DNA from: Lama guanicoe
Lineage: Eukaryota
Reading direction: 5' to 3'
NCBI GenBank assembly: GCA_013239625.1
Contig: MU054391.1
Coordinates: 374,001 to 438,000, forward strand
DNA length: 64,000 nucleotides
Part shown: positions 22,573 to 36,460 of the stretch, in pieces
Position numbering within the stretch: the stretch's first letter is position 1
Layout of the letters: each line of letters begins with the position of its first letter
Made by a program: the position numbers and the translations under genes
The notes under the pieces: model-generated
Told to the model about the DNA's origin: nothing
The model's database searches: none
The model's input: the letters and a program-made list of their open reading frames with translations, nothing else

Positions 22573-25500
22573 GAGAAAGCAGGCTTTCCCACCCTTGTAG
22601 CAGAGATAGCTAATTAAGAGCTACAGTACATCTCTGCTCTGACAGCCAGTGGAGTGCTCCCCTCCCAGAGGTCCAGCAGGAGACAGGACCAGCCTAAGAA
22701 GCTGGTACCACGTGGCGTCCCGAGACGCCTCCTTTGCTGATCTGCACGCAGCCAGCTTGACCTGTCCCACTGCTGGGCTCTAAGAAGTGCCGTGAAGTCT
22801 CAGACTCTAATGTCTCAGTCAGTTCTCGGTCCTCTGTGCCCATCGCTCGATTTGGGACAAGTCAGCCCATCTTGGTGCTTTATGTCCCGAACAGAAGAGG
22901 GGGATCACCAGCTAATCTCTAATCGTCTCGAGCGTCAGCTGGAGCCAGGGGCTGGGCTGCCTGACCAGGGGTGTCGGGGAGAGGCTGGGAGGGAAAGGGG
23001 AGATCTGTCTCCGTGGGAGAATGGCCCCCGGCGTGGAAGCAGAGCAGTGGGAATAATTCTGGGCGCAACAGTCATTCAAAAGCTCCCATGACACTAGCAG
23101 CCAGAACGTCTTTAAAGAACAGCTTCTAACGATTCGAACAGAACTTTACTTTGTTTGATATAATAAAAGGCTTTTAAAATGTACTTCAACACATAATAAC
23201 TATTCTCTATTTAACTACATCATAATAATTCTCTTTTTATACTAAATTTTCTGTTGAACTTTTTTCATTTGTCTAAAAATACCTTTCTTTGAAATACCTG
23301 GCATTTTCAAAACCATCCTATAAAATTTCAAAGTGATAATGATGTGTTTCTTATTAAAATTCAAAGTGAAAATTCAAGCCAAAAATAGTTTTACAGTATT
23401 TTTCTGGTGAAACTTTATTCATATACAGATCTGTTATTTATCATGCAATAAACATGTCTATGATTCATAGTAGAAATGATTTTGCAATTCAGAATTCTCT
23501 CTTTTGAGAAAAATCAAAGTTGAAATGCAAGCACCTTTCTGTTCACACACGTAACCTAGACATTTCACTTGGAATATGAACTATGTATTGTATGCAGGTT
23601 AATGATTGTGATGCTTTCTTTTGGACTGTGAAGTACGCTCATGATTTAACCGAAGAAGGCCTGGCTAACGGCCCAGAGAGGAGACGTGGAGCCGGGAGTC
23701 TCGGTTTGCTCTGGTGCCGCAGCCGATCCGCTGATGGGAGCGGGGGGTTCTGCCGTCCTTTGTCGTTGCAGCCTCGTGTCTCCCTAGTTTCAAAGCCTGT
23801 GAACAACGGGCTGGGTTGGGAAAGAGAAATGCGCTGACTGTACAGAACTTGAATTAAGAGAGATTTGAGAGAAAGGTAGAAAATAACAATCAAAGCTGGA
23901 CTTGGACTTTCTCGTGCAAATAATGCAAGTGATAAAGAAGAAGTTACTGTCATGACGAGCAAGGACGGGGCAGCCTGTGCCTGGTGGGGAGATTTCTGCC
24001 AGCCATGCCAGGAGCCTGCGAGGAGGGGATGTTCCGTCGCAGAAATAATTCTGGGGAACCCTGCCCCCCTAACTCCAGTTCAGTGAATCTGAGACAGAAC
24101 TCTGCCCAACGTGTTCAAGTCAGAACAGTAGAAGAGGTTTTGAGTCTGTTGTCGAGACTCAGCTTTGACCACACTGACGTCCAGCCCCTCAGTGAAGCAC
24201 TTTCTTCCCAGGACAGTAGGTGACCTGATGGCCACTTCCTAAAACTCCAGAAAGGATAACCACCAGGGCCCTGCTGGCGTCCTCACCGAGTCATGAACCA
24301 GGAGGCAACGCAGAGGAGACAAAATGTGGTCGCAGTGCAGGCAACAAACCCCCGTGCCCGAGCGCGTGCGGTAGGCGCTTGTGCTGGCTGGGTGCGAGTG
24401 CAGCAGCGCTCTCGTGTCGACTGTTCTAGGCAAACCTCAAACCCAACTGTGTGTTTTTCTGTCAGTCTTAGGAAGGACATACCGCACCCTTTGGAGGCTG
24501 TATTTCTTCAATTTGTAATATAATTTAAAAGACTTTTCATTTCCTCCTGTGATCCAGCATGCAGAATCAGGATCCACAATCCAAGTATCAAAAATCACAA
24601 AGTGAAAACACAATACAGTGGACGTCTGCCAGAATGGACAAGATAAAACGGAAGGAAAAGGACAGAAAACTCTGGGTAGGCGCGGATTTAGGACACCAGA
24701 ATTCCCACACTCGCTGGCGGGACTGGCCACCAGTAGGGCTACTTGCGAGAAGCACACGGCCACGTCTGCACCAGCTGAACACTGACACTTCCCCGCATGT
24801 GACAGTCACTGAAAGCAGCCTAACGAAGCTGTCTGCAGACCAGCGAATGCGAACACCAATCAAACCAAACCAAACCAGACAAAGAAGCCGCCTGAGTGCC
24901 CTTCAGCAGTGAATGGATATCAGGCCGGGGAACACTCACACCTCTCAGCCAGGACCGCGACCAGGCCAGCTGCACTCAGCAACATGGATGTCGCCTCCTC
25001 ACAGACACAAGTCCAGCAGGGAAGACACACTGGGAGGCATGCTGGGCAGGCCGTGTGTGCAGAACGAAGCAGGTGAAGCTGCCAGGAGCTCTTAGACATC
25101 GGGGAGCAGCGGTCCCGGGGGCAGCGACGGGAAGCGGGTGCCAGGCTCTCTCCAGGTCCAGGGGCTGGAGGCGTGGCTGCTCTGAGTCAGCGGCAAGTCC
25201 CTGATGCACACATTCCTGGTTATTTCCGGGCCTGCGGCCTCGAGAAGGGTCACTCAGGTCACAGGGCTGCCGCCGTTGGGTCAGTGCCGCCGCACTGCTC
25301 TCCGCCCTTGACGGGGGTTCCCCTGTCCTTCCTCTGCCTGGAGGGACGGAAGCTTCCTCCCTGGTCTCCACGGGATGGTGAGCAGGGGGCCCCGTCCTGG
25401 GGACGAGCAGGGCGGACTCGTCCAGATGCGCAGGGTGGGGCCGGAGGGGAGCTGGGACACCTCGCTGCGCACCGACCCTCCCACGCAGGACAGTGTGAGG

Positions 25501-28500
25501 CCGCCTGCGGGATGTGTGCAGGACGCCTCCTCCACTAACACTCTCTACGTTATCAGTGACCCTTTCTGCCCCTGGACGCCCCCCGCCCCCACCCTAAGTG
25601 AGGAAATAACATTGTTCTCCATTCTCCAAAAAAGAAGACTAAACAATTAAAATATTGCTCAAAGCTGCCCTGTAACAGGACTCTATGGCGTCTTTATGCA
25701 AGGGGAAATGCACAAAGAAGCACGTGATTACGCTTATAAATGGACGCTGCAAGTGACTTTCCTTTTTAATCTAACTTGCGGTGAGTTTATTTACTTTTGG
25801 AAGAGACACAGTGATCTGGTGTGAGTACGTCTTACCACTTGATAATAAAGATGCAGGTGAATGTTTTAGCGGCTGTTTTATTACTACGCACACAGAAGAC
25901 TGGAGTTCCTCCCAGTCACCGGACGGTCATCGCGTCACAAAGCACAGCAGGACTCCAGGGGCTTAGGGATCAACATCCCGAACCTTCTGGTGTTCGGACT
26001 CAGTGTTTGCTCTGTTACTCCACTGACAGCCGCATGGTGCGGAAGCCCGTGGACTCACCGTTGTGGAACTGATTTTCCCTGAAACCGCCCATAAGACTGC
26101 TTTATTTTATCAGTTCTTCATAAAAAGTCAATATGACTCACTTTTCCATTTATTTCTCACGGTGGAGGGTGCATATTTCAAAACAGACTCCTTTGTCCTA
26201 CGAAGCCAGCGGGCTTTCATGGAAAATAAGCAATAAAATCAGTGAATGTCTATTTTTGGCCATGATTTCTACTCTCAGAAAAAGAGAGTGAGTTCAATAT
26301 GGCTTTTGAAAGCATTTTAAAAAGTTCTTTCTCTCTGCGAAAGAGTCTCATAAATATGCATAATCTCTTTTTCCGTTCTTGTGGCGTGACATTTGTCTCC
26401 ATAGATTAAAAACCTGAAACAGCTGGCAGGACATTTCTTGGGCAAGGCTGCAGCCATTTTACTGGAGCGTCATTTGATGAGTTTTGGCACCAGAATTGGG
26501 CCATCGCAGCCGGTGACGGTGACAAGGGACCACTTCACCCTCACCCCCCAGGGCGTCAAGGAGACCCTCCCTCCTCCCGCAGCAAAACAGCCACGGCAAG
26601 TGTCCTGATAAACTGTGCTTTCCAGTGAGTTTGCTCCGAGAGTCTGAGAGCTCGGCGGCTCTAGGCACCAGGGGCGGGTGACAGGCGGAGGTTCGAGAGA
26701 GCCGTCTGTGCAAACTGATACTCACCGACCACGTGGTCAGACCTGGATTCTGGGCCAGTCACACTGGGTCCTCTGGGGGAAGGTATGAAAGCTCAGAAGT
26801 GGGAAATTTATAAATGTTTGGTTCAGTTAATCTCCTTAAAGTCGTGTTTATTGACGTGTCAATAGACACGTGCCAAGTTGTCCAAGTTCGGACACGCTGT
26901 ATTATGTTTGAAAACACGTCTTCTGCTCCCTGGACACCAGGACAGGGAGGTCCAGCGCTATTTCCGTTGTGGAAACGAGCAAAACCCCATCACTCTTCCG
27001 TGCCTGACGGTGCAGACGCTGCTTTGGAGCTCCCTCGTGGTCGCTGAAGGACGCTGACCGAGCGGGAGCGTTCGGTGTTCCTGGGGTTTTAGTCGTCTTC
27101 GACTTGTTGCTGGATCCATCTGCTTAGTCGATTGCTTAGATCAAAAGATGTCTTTAAAAAGCTTTCAAGTCTTAAGTATGTCGGCATGTCCTACTTTTAG
27201 TCAATTGATTCAAACTGATCTTATCAAAATCATCAATATCAGTCAATAAAACTAATGCAACTGCAAAACTAATACCCCTGTGTTTTATGTAGAGACTCAG
27301 TGTGGGTGTCTACTGCCTGCCTGCCTAAACACGCACGCACACTAATCTTCCAGCCTGTTGGGGGGGCTCCTGCTGACCCAGCGGCTGAGAGTCAGCTCCT
27401 GTAACTTTTCCCAGGTAACGTCTTAGTGTGAGAAGCTGCTGTAGCTTTTATATCCTAGGAGTAAAGCTGGTTTTCACGATGTGTCAGAACCTTTCCGTGG
27501 AATGAACAGAGTTTCAGAAAATCTGGTTGTCCACTCTCCCGGTCCCTCTTTCTCCCCGATTTACCCAAATAGCGTCATTGGCAGCACAGCACGGGCCCCG
27601 GGGGAAAGCGCGCGTGACGAGAGCGCCAGTGCTTAGGTGGCTGCTCTGCGCCTCTAGGGCCTGCGTGCGATTCCAGTTCAGTGACAGCCATTCGGGGCTG
27701 CGCTCTGATTACAGGTTTGCTTGAAATGTTGGCAAAGTGGACCATTCACAGTTAGATTAGTCGAGCTTTGGAGGAAATAGCGATGGCAGGGCGTAACACT
27801 TAGAGGACACATTCACCCAGCAAAGGACTGGAGAAAACCACACAGGTGCCTCATTCTAGTTTGAGAATTGCCCGAGTCACCCTAAAACTCATGCAGATGC
27901 TTCTGACGTAATCATTACCTTTGTGTCTGAGGCAGGAACGGAACACCCGGGGGCGCTGAGGTTTTTGGAAAATTGTGTGACAGCTGGTGGTGTTGAGTCT
28001 GCTTTTTGGCCTGCACCCCAGCAAGAGCAATTCACACCTTAACCCCTCGGACGTGCAGGATTTCTCGCCCTCGGTGGAAAGCCACGTTGATTCCCAATAG
28101 ACTGAGAGCCTCGGCCCAAACGAAGCAGAGCCGTCCTGTCACCGGAGCCCAGTGTTCTCGCTGGCCAGGCGCCGAGCTCTGCCCACGGGTCCAGTGTCAT
28201 CCCAGCCTGCGGCAGGTGGCCCAGGCGTTCACATCTGCCTGCTGCCCAGGTGCAAGTGTGCAGCGCGTGCTGGGCTGAACCTTGGTCTGGGGCTATTGAG
28301 CTGCGGCCCACACCGCTGGGTCCCGGGTGAGAGTGGGAGTCAGTGAGGGGCACGGGGCTGAATTCCCGATTTCCCATCAGGACCACAGCCATGAGTGTGA
28401 TGGCAACAGAGCATCCGCCCCACTAATGGAAAGGACCCCACCCGGAGCCACACCAGACCCAGCGGAGATGCCCAGAGGGCAGTTCCTGTGAGGAGCCCAG

Positions 28501-31249
28501 GCCCTGCCTGGGCATCTGGGCCGGCGTCCTGCAGTCCTGCGGCTGGCCCGAGCAGGACGAAAAAGTCTACAGACAGAAGACTTGGGAAGCGAGTAGTTAG
28601 GGGGCTGTCATTTGTCCAAAGAGAAACGTTTATTTAAAATTTTAATTCCATTTTTTGAATTTGAAAACAGGGGAAAGAGCATGAGATTTGAATTTCAAGT
28701 ATCCTGGGCTCAGGTTGACTTGCAGAGTCAGGGAGGGCGATGCCATGGGTGGGCTGTGTCCTGCAGCCACGTGCTGGGGCCCCGTCTTCCAGCTGTCACT
28801 GCACTGAGGCCCTGCACTGCGGCAGCTCTGATGACGTGGTTCCTGAATCTCCCTCTGCTGTTGTCTTCGGTTTCCCTTAGAAGCTCACCCAAAGGTGGCA
28901 GCGCTTTGGAGCGGGACTCAGGTAACCCCCCAGTCCCACTGCACTTCGGGACACTGCTGCCCCACACTCCCGAGCCATCAGCTGAACTGGGCTCTTCCTG
29001 AGAATCAAACAAGCCCTTTCTCACGCTGCTTTCTCATGCAGACTGGTCAGCAGTTCACAGCTCTGGTCTGACGGCCCTTTTGTGTGATTTCCTGGTTCTC
29101 ACCAAAGCGAGAAAGGACCGCAGAAGTGTAACAACACTCATTTTGTTCATCCACCCATCCACTGGTCGATACACACGCATTTTAACCTGACTCTGCACCA
29201 GGAACTGTGCAGTCTGCAATTCAGTTGACTCAACTCGTATACAATCTTGAATCCAAGACTGAAAAAACTTACAGGTAAGGATGAGAATTCCAAAGCATCG
29301 AGTCTGGACTGTGCAGCCTCCTTTCTGCACGTTGGAAGGTGTCCCAGCTGACAGAGTAGGCAGGCTGCTCTTCAAGTGAGGCCCAGGGCCTGCCGATGCA
29401 CGAGAAGGGCCACGGCGCCGTCCTGAAGGGGCTCAGGCTCTCCTCCAGCCCGATCATCAGGAAGCCGGGTAGCTGGAGCAAAGGACCTCACTTCCTTGTC
29501 CTCTAAGACCACGACTGTTCCCATCTACCGTTCAGCCCACGAGGACCGAAGGAAAGCTCAGTCACCTGGTGCTGAAATCACCCAGCTCCAGGCGGGGTAA
29601 GTTAGTGTCTCCCCGGATGACGTGCAGTGTCGCCGACGGGTTCGAGTGCTTCAGGGAGAGGAGTGGGACCGCCTCGCCGCGAGGACACGGGATGGGTGGC
29701 CACCGGGGAAGGAATTCTGGAGGAGAAGAGAGTGTCCCCCCCAAGAGCTCTCTGCCCACATTAGATTATCTTCTAGGACATGTTCACCGAATCCTGGTTA
29801 TTAGAAGGTGTTGGGAAATATTGAGAAATAGTGAAGGACGGCTTCTGTCTGCAGGTTTTGGCTCACTCACATTCTGCCTGCCAGGCCTGAGAGACATCCC
29901 CCTTCCTGTTCTAAAGCAATGAAAAATTCTTAATTTCATTTTATTAATTTTCACGCTTAGAAATGTCCTGTACTTACTAACGTTCTCTAGGTCGTTTTAA
30001 AGGATGACATTGTGTATTGATTAAGCTCCTGGCTTAAGAGCCTGATGGAAAGCACCTTTATTCACAGAACCAGCAGCCACGGAAACGCCTCGGCTGCAGA
30101 CTGCGTGGACCTTCCGCACGACAGCTTGTCGGCCCTGCGCCGGGGCCCCGGGAGCCCACGAGGGGCCTGAGCGCGTTTATCCTGCGGTTTCCAGGAGGTA
30201 AATTTCTGTGTGTACAACATCACCACCGTCCAGGGAAGCCCCTAGGGTTAGGGGTAGGGTTAGACTTGGAACTCCTGCCCCTTAGGGTGGATGTCCCTGG
30301 AGCCACGAGGGAAGGAGATGGTTGTGAAACTGTCACATGAGAGACCAGTGCTGGGCTCTGGTGGTGGTCACACAGCTGTACCTGTTGTGCTGGCTATTTT
30401 GAAGGCTCATCTGGCAGTGGAATGCTCAGGATCTTAGACTGGGAAGACGAGAAGATAAGGCAGCATCAACCAAGAAATGCTGACCTAGAACCATGTGAAT
30501 GTTCCTGGGTCACGGGGGCTGCTCTCCAAGCGAAAAAACACTGTAACAAGAAGCAATGAAAAAAATCCTTTCACGATGAATAAACTTTGCTCTCTGAGCT
30601 CTGTCACAAGCAAGGAGAAGCCGCACCAGAGAAGACATTGTGACGTCCCCTGGTGCCCACATGGGTTTTATATTTAAGCCCCCTGAGAGCTGTATTTCTG
30701 GTTCACAAGTTACTTAAGATGTCGCAGCAAATACACCGAGGTCTGTCGAGGATGAAACTACACGATGTGACTTAAACAAACCCACTGCAAATGTGCTCTT
30801 ACCTCCGGGCAGAGTGACCTTCCGATTTATCCTAGTTGCATAAGCAAAGTCACCTCCCTGGAAGGGTGGAGTTTGCCTTGTTCACGCATCCTTCTGGCCG
30901 AGACTCTCGGCAGCTGCTGTGTGCAGAGCATTTATTCAGCCCCACCGATGGGGGAGTCACAGGGTCTCTCCTTTCAGGTTTCGTGCATAATGCATGCATG
31001 TTTGTAAGTGACGATCAAAGTCGATAAGAAAGGACAAATAAACTCAGAGAGCGCTGAAAGGAAATTTGGTTCTGGATGGAATGCCCTGATCAAGGAATTT
31101 AAATAGGAGCAGCTCCTGGACATGCAGAGATATGGGGCAAAGACACTCAGACCGAATTTCACCTAAGACCGTTTACTTCGAATGAGTAAATGTTCAAAGA
31201 AGCGTCCCTGGGGATTCTCTCTAGAAACTCTTAAACTTGGGGCATCCGC

Positions 31250-31695
31250 ACTGGTCAGAGCCCTTCAGAGACAGAACCAGCCGGACATTTGAGACACAGG
31301 CAGGATGAATATGCCCCTTAAAGAGCTCAACGACGTGGAGGTGGCTGGTGTGATGACAGGGCTGGGTCCCCGGATCTGCAGGGTGAGTCAGCAGCCCTGA
31401 GGTGGAGGATGCACCGACGTTTCATGGGAGAGCTCGCGTCCCAGAGTGAGGGTCACTGGGAAGGAGGCGTTCCCTCTTAGTTGGGGAGCATCAGCCTTTT
31501 TGTTCTACGCAGACCTTCAACTGATCACACAGGGCCCACCCACAGCAGGGAGGACCGTGTGCTTTACTTGGTTCACTGATGTAAATGCTAACGTCACCTC
31601 AAAACACCCTCACAGAAACCCCCAGAATTATGCTGGACCAAATATCTGGGCACTCTGTGACCCCATCAAGCTGACATGAATAATAAACTATCACA
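31250..31695 (-). mobile_element. ERVL MLT2-type LTR
   Basis: ccttcaactgat..ggcccacccaca..aaacaccctcacagaaacccccagaa..ccaaatatctgggcac..catcaagctgaca..aactatcaca matches recalled MLT2. Confidence 0.85.
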
Positions 31696-33402
31696 GTATT
31701 CAACAATATAAAATGAGTTAAATATCTTATGCTACATCCTCAAAAGGCAATTTTATGTAGCAATTAAAACGACATAAACCCATAATTACATAGACAAGTG
31801 TTTAAGTGTATTTTAGTTGGGAAAACATAACAGAGAGTGGACCTCGACGCACAACGGCTCACCTGTGCCGTAGTAACGGATGTCATACCCGATGCTCGCA
31901 CCCAGGAAGGGTGCTGCCTGAGGGCACGTACACCAGTGCAGGGGGTTCTGGGTAACACCTCTCTGCGTTTTAAAATATCCGGATTTGCTCATTTTCCTTC
32001 AAATAACTTGGCTAATCCATAAAGGAAAAGTAGGACATAATTAGGTAAAGATAAGCAAACATTCCCCGTGGGCACTGAGGGACGTGGAGTTTTCAGAGTA
32101 ACTCACTAGGCATAGAGCTCTGATGGAAACTGAACACAGACAGTGCTCCCAGGAGGGCTCGGAAAGCGGCACCGCTGGTGAGCCCGAATGAGCGTCGGAG
32201 AAAATGCGGCACCCAGACCTTGGTCCGGACAACAGGGGTTAACTGTGTCCCGGGGGGACCTGCTGCCCAACTGCCTGCATCGGCAGCGCCCTTCGCCCCA
32301 GCTTCTGTGCCACCTGAGTAACTCTCCCTGTGTCAAGGGCTTATTTTTGAGGAAACAGATTCCAAACACCTACTGAGCGTCCACATGTTTTGCAAAGATA
32401 CCCTAGTGTGAGTTGGCAAGGGCACAGTGTCCACTCAAGTCACCAAACATCGCAAATATTATGCTGCTCGGTCCACGGGGCCTGTCTCACCTTTATCTGG
32501 AAAAGATAAATCAGCTAATAGAACCGACCGTGGCTACACAGCAACCTCACTGAGGGTAAGGGCGCAAATCAGATCAGCCTTGCTCCATGGGCTCGACACC
32601 ACCGAGAGCGGTTCTCAGCACACGGTGATTACCTTAAAGCTGTGTGATAAATCAATATGATGGATTTGTAGTATTGCTGTTTAAGTTCTAGATTTTCTAA
32701 ACATTTTACTTACTTTTATTTCATTTCTCACAGCTCAGATACGACAACTTGCTTTGTGAAAGTACAAAAGAGAAAGAAAGCTCATCTGTTTAGCTCCTTA
32801 GCAAACATGCCCTGCGATTTTATCTCTGTGCCAGGTAGATGCTAAATAATGAGTTTATAAAGAGGAACTCATGAGTTAAAATCCTCCAGAGACTTAGTTT
32901 CCTCAGGAAGTCAACACATAAATGAACAATTACAGCACAAGCAAAATCTGTCATTCGGTTCTCAGGTTGCTCAAAAAAGTACACACACTGGCTTTCCACA
33001 CGTGTCCAGGGATCTGAAGACGAGGACTGGGACGAGTGGTAGGAGTGCAGGTGGCTCTTGCTCCCCTCCCAGCACAGGTGACAGGTGCGGCTGCCTGTGG
33101 CGGCCCCGCCCCACCTGACAGAGGAGACCCCCTCCCCCCAGCACCGCCCACCACTGTCTCTCCACCCGCCTGGACCCGGTGAAGCATCAGGAAACAAGAA
33201 GGAACTCGATGGCACTATTTCAGACTGAGCTTCAGGGGGAATCAAGCACGTTAAAGTTGTGACTCAGTGTCTGCTGGTAAGTTGCCCTGGTCTCTCATCC
33301 CAGAGGGCTCTGTTGTCAACATACTATACATCTTCCATTGTCTTCCTACCTAGATCTGAAAGCAGGTGGAAATATACAAGGAGAAAATATACATAAAGTG
33401 GC

Positions 33403-33433
33403 TGTGTGTGTGTGTGTGTGCGCGTGTGTGTGT
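33403..33433. repeat. (TG)n microsatellite
   Basis: tgtgtgtgtgtgtgtgtgcgcgtgtgtgtgt. Confidence 0.9.
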
Positions 33434-35539
33434 TCATAAGTTTGACATTTGCCAATAGTACAGATTTTATATTCGTATTTTTCTTTGACATTTCCATCAA
33501 GTCAACGCGAACAACTCACATTGATTCCTGTATTTAAAGGGCGATCATTTTTAAATAAAGTCATGCAAAGCCTCTGTGGTGAAGTCATACGCAGTAATGA
33601 GATCAAACTTACGTTTCCGCGAGGTCAGGCAGATGGAGAGCTGTGGACACTTCAGCAAGGCCAGGGAGGTCTCAGAGCAGCTGCCCGACGTCTGCAGGAC
33701 CCTGTTGGCTTTGGGAATAGTCTCCTGACAGTGCACTTCTGTGTGCAATAGAGACGTTTTCCTAACGTGTCTCACGGTTAGCAGAGGAGGTGTGACACAA
33801 ACTTCCTTCAGGCAACAGCAAGAAGCCTCCTTCGCAGCTAAGATGCTGATCTGAGGAATAATGACTGAACAAGCCCAGGACTTCGGCGTTTTCTGTGCCT
33901 GTTGAGTAAAATAAAATAAATCAGCACTCAACAACCTTTGCCAAAGACGTAAAAGACATTCCCAAATTGAGGAAGTCCACTGTTATCAAAAAGCCTGAAA
34001 ACTGGTCCGTTCTGGATAAATTCTACTCCAAACTCAGTCATTTGGAAAATTGTAACCACTGAACTAGAAAAATCCAACCCACTGATTTGGAAACTGTGCT
34101 CACTGTAAGTTCTCATCAAGAAAACCGTTCCCACGGCTGCGCAGACCAAGGTCCGGCACCTACTCACGCAGTCCAGGCTCCAAGGCGAGCTTCTGCTCTG
34201 ACGTTTGCACGGACTGCCGCGTAACTGCAGGACTGCCCCAGCACCCCCACCGCCCCGGGCCCGGGACTCTCCCGAGGGGGCGTGTTCCTTCTCCAGGAAG
34301 TTGCGCTCTCACTGCCTCTGGGACAGGAGGAGAAACTGACGCCTCGTCGTCAGCCAGACCACGACGTCGGTGGTTCAGCGACCCCCCACCCCCGACACCA
34401 CTGCACGTAGGCAGGGGTCATAGAGGATGCGGTTAAATCAAGATGATCCTCAAGGCGGGACAAGTTTCTCAAAGGTGTACTCTCTTTCAGTCCTTAAATC
34501 TGGCCTTTCTCTGTCCAAAGCATCACATTACATTTCCATCTCAGGAAGATCTTTGAAGGGTGAACGCTCTCCTCTCTCCCTGCCCCCTGAGATGGGGGGT
34601 GGGTGAGTGGGGTTCCGCAAGTGTGGACAGAAACAGACTCAACTCCCCGAGAGACAGTTTTTCCTCCCCAAAGACAAAACAGCCAAAAAAATTAAACTTC
34701 TTTTCCCATGATCCCTTTTGCCCAGCAAAAGAACAGCCATTTGTGTCAGTCTTATCTGCAAAGAATTACTGTGTGAATAAATCAATGATTTTTTCACAAA
34801 AAGCAGGGGCGAGAAAAGGCACAAAAACTTTGCGAGTAAGAGTCCATCAGATTCTTTAGAGTGAGGCTTAAAACGCAATATTGCACATTTATGTTATCAA
34901 AAACTTTTTCAGGAGATGCAAGTTTTGGTAAATTTTTACACGTTATGTATGTAAATAGACCAACAGTAAGCGGAGGTGGGGCCGTTCCTTCTCCGGAGCG
35001 CCGGCTCCTGCCACCACACTCAGTTTGCGGGTGAGTGCTCTGTGACATCTCGCTGTGGACGCTGGCCGATGTAACGCATCACACTCTCACTGTGCGTGAT
35101 CTGTGTGCACGCGTGTCCTCAGTGAGCGTATATGTTTACTGCAAGCAGGCACTGGGTCGGGGTGCAGCAGGCACAGTGTCCCTCAACTGACCATTGAGAA
35201 AATGGTAGGTTTGAAAATAAGATTTCTTATAAAAATTGTTCACTTCACGAGCTTCCATAAAATAGTCACAAAAATATTTTTGACAGTGAATACACATCCA
35301 GCTAGTACTTGAACCTCCATGACCCAGAATTTTTTAATTCCATGTCCGCGACCAGATAAAAGCACATTTCAGAGAATTAAGTAATTTCAAATCAAATGGG
35401 AGAAAGATGAATAAAATGCCTTTTCATCATTAGAACTTAAATTTTAAAAATCTTTCTGCCTGACACACCATAGTTTAAGACAATTAAGGTGTCTGTTTAT
35501 GATTTTTGGATATCCTTTGGTACAGGAGTAAGAGGTAAC

Positions 35540-36070
35540 ATTTGGGAGCTCCGCCCCCCAGGACTGATAGGCCGGGCGGCCCGCCCCGCCCCTCGCGGCC
35601 CCGGGCTGGAGCGAGTCGTCACCAGCGAGCTCCGTGGGCGCTGGATCAGGCGCCTGCGCTAGCGCTGCGAGTGTCCACGGGAAATGCACGGGCCCAGCGC
35701 GCCTGAAACTCCTCGTGCTCCTCACTTGGACCTCCGCGCAGCAGCCTTGGAGGCTGGGGCGCCCCTCATCTGACCCGTGAGGAAGCGAGGCCCCGCGCGG
35801 GGGCCACCCGGCCGAGCCCCGTCTCCGCTCCCAGAAAACCGTCTCCTGCGCGGCAGGTGCCCCGCAGCGCAGCCGGGCGGCCCCTCCCGCGGTCGTCGGG
35901 GGACCCAGGACCCCCAGCCCCACGCCGGAGCGCGCTCTGAAGGGCTTTGGGGGGGCTGTGACCCTGGACGGCCGAACGGCGAGATGGACGTGGGGTGGGG
36001 GCGGGAGGCGGCGGCGGGTACATCTCAGCATCGACGGGCGTCCAGCCGGCCTGCGAGCTGGAGTCCCAGA
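35540..36070. promoter_or_regulatory. Orphan CpG island ~8 kb upstream of SNTG2 exon 1
   Basis: Dense CpGs and GC boxes (cccgccccgccc at ~35580; ggggcggga at ~35998). Confidence 0.6.
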
Positions 36071-36149
36071 ACCAGAGACCCGCTGAGACCCGTCACTCCC
36101 CCACCCCGTTCCTTCCGCCGGGAGGTGAACGTGAGGTGGAAGCCCTTGG

Positions 36150-36460
36150 AACACACTCACACACGTGTACACACCCACACCTCACACACTCACACACGTG
36201 CACACATGCAACACCTCACACACCTCGCACCCAGTGCGCACATTCACAGCATACACTGCATGCACACACACACTCACATGTGCACACACCTCACACACGT
36301 GCACAGCACACATGCACGCACACACATGCACACCACATACTCACACATTTGTACACACATGCAACACCTCACTCACCTCACACCCAGTGCACACATTCAC
36401 AGCATACACTGCATGCACACGCACACACATGCACACCTCACATACTCACACGTGTATATA
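36150..36460. repeat. CA-rich array with an internal ~153-bp tandem duplication
   Basis: atgcaacacctcac..cccagtgc.cacattcacagcatacactgcatgcacac starts at both 36206 and 36359. Confidence 0.9.
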
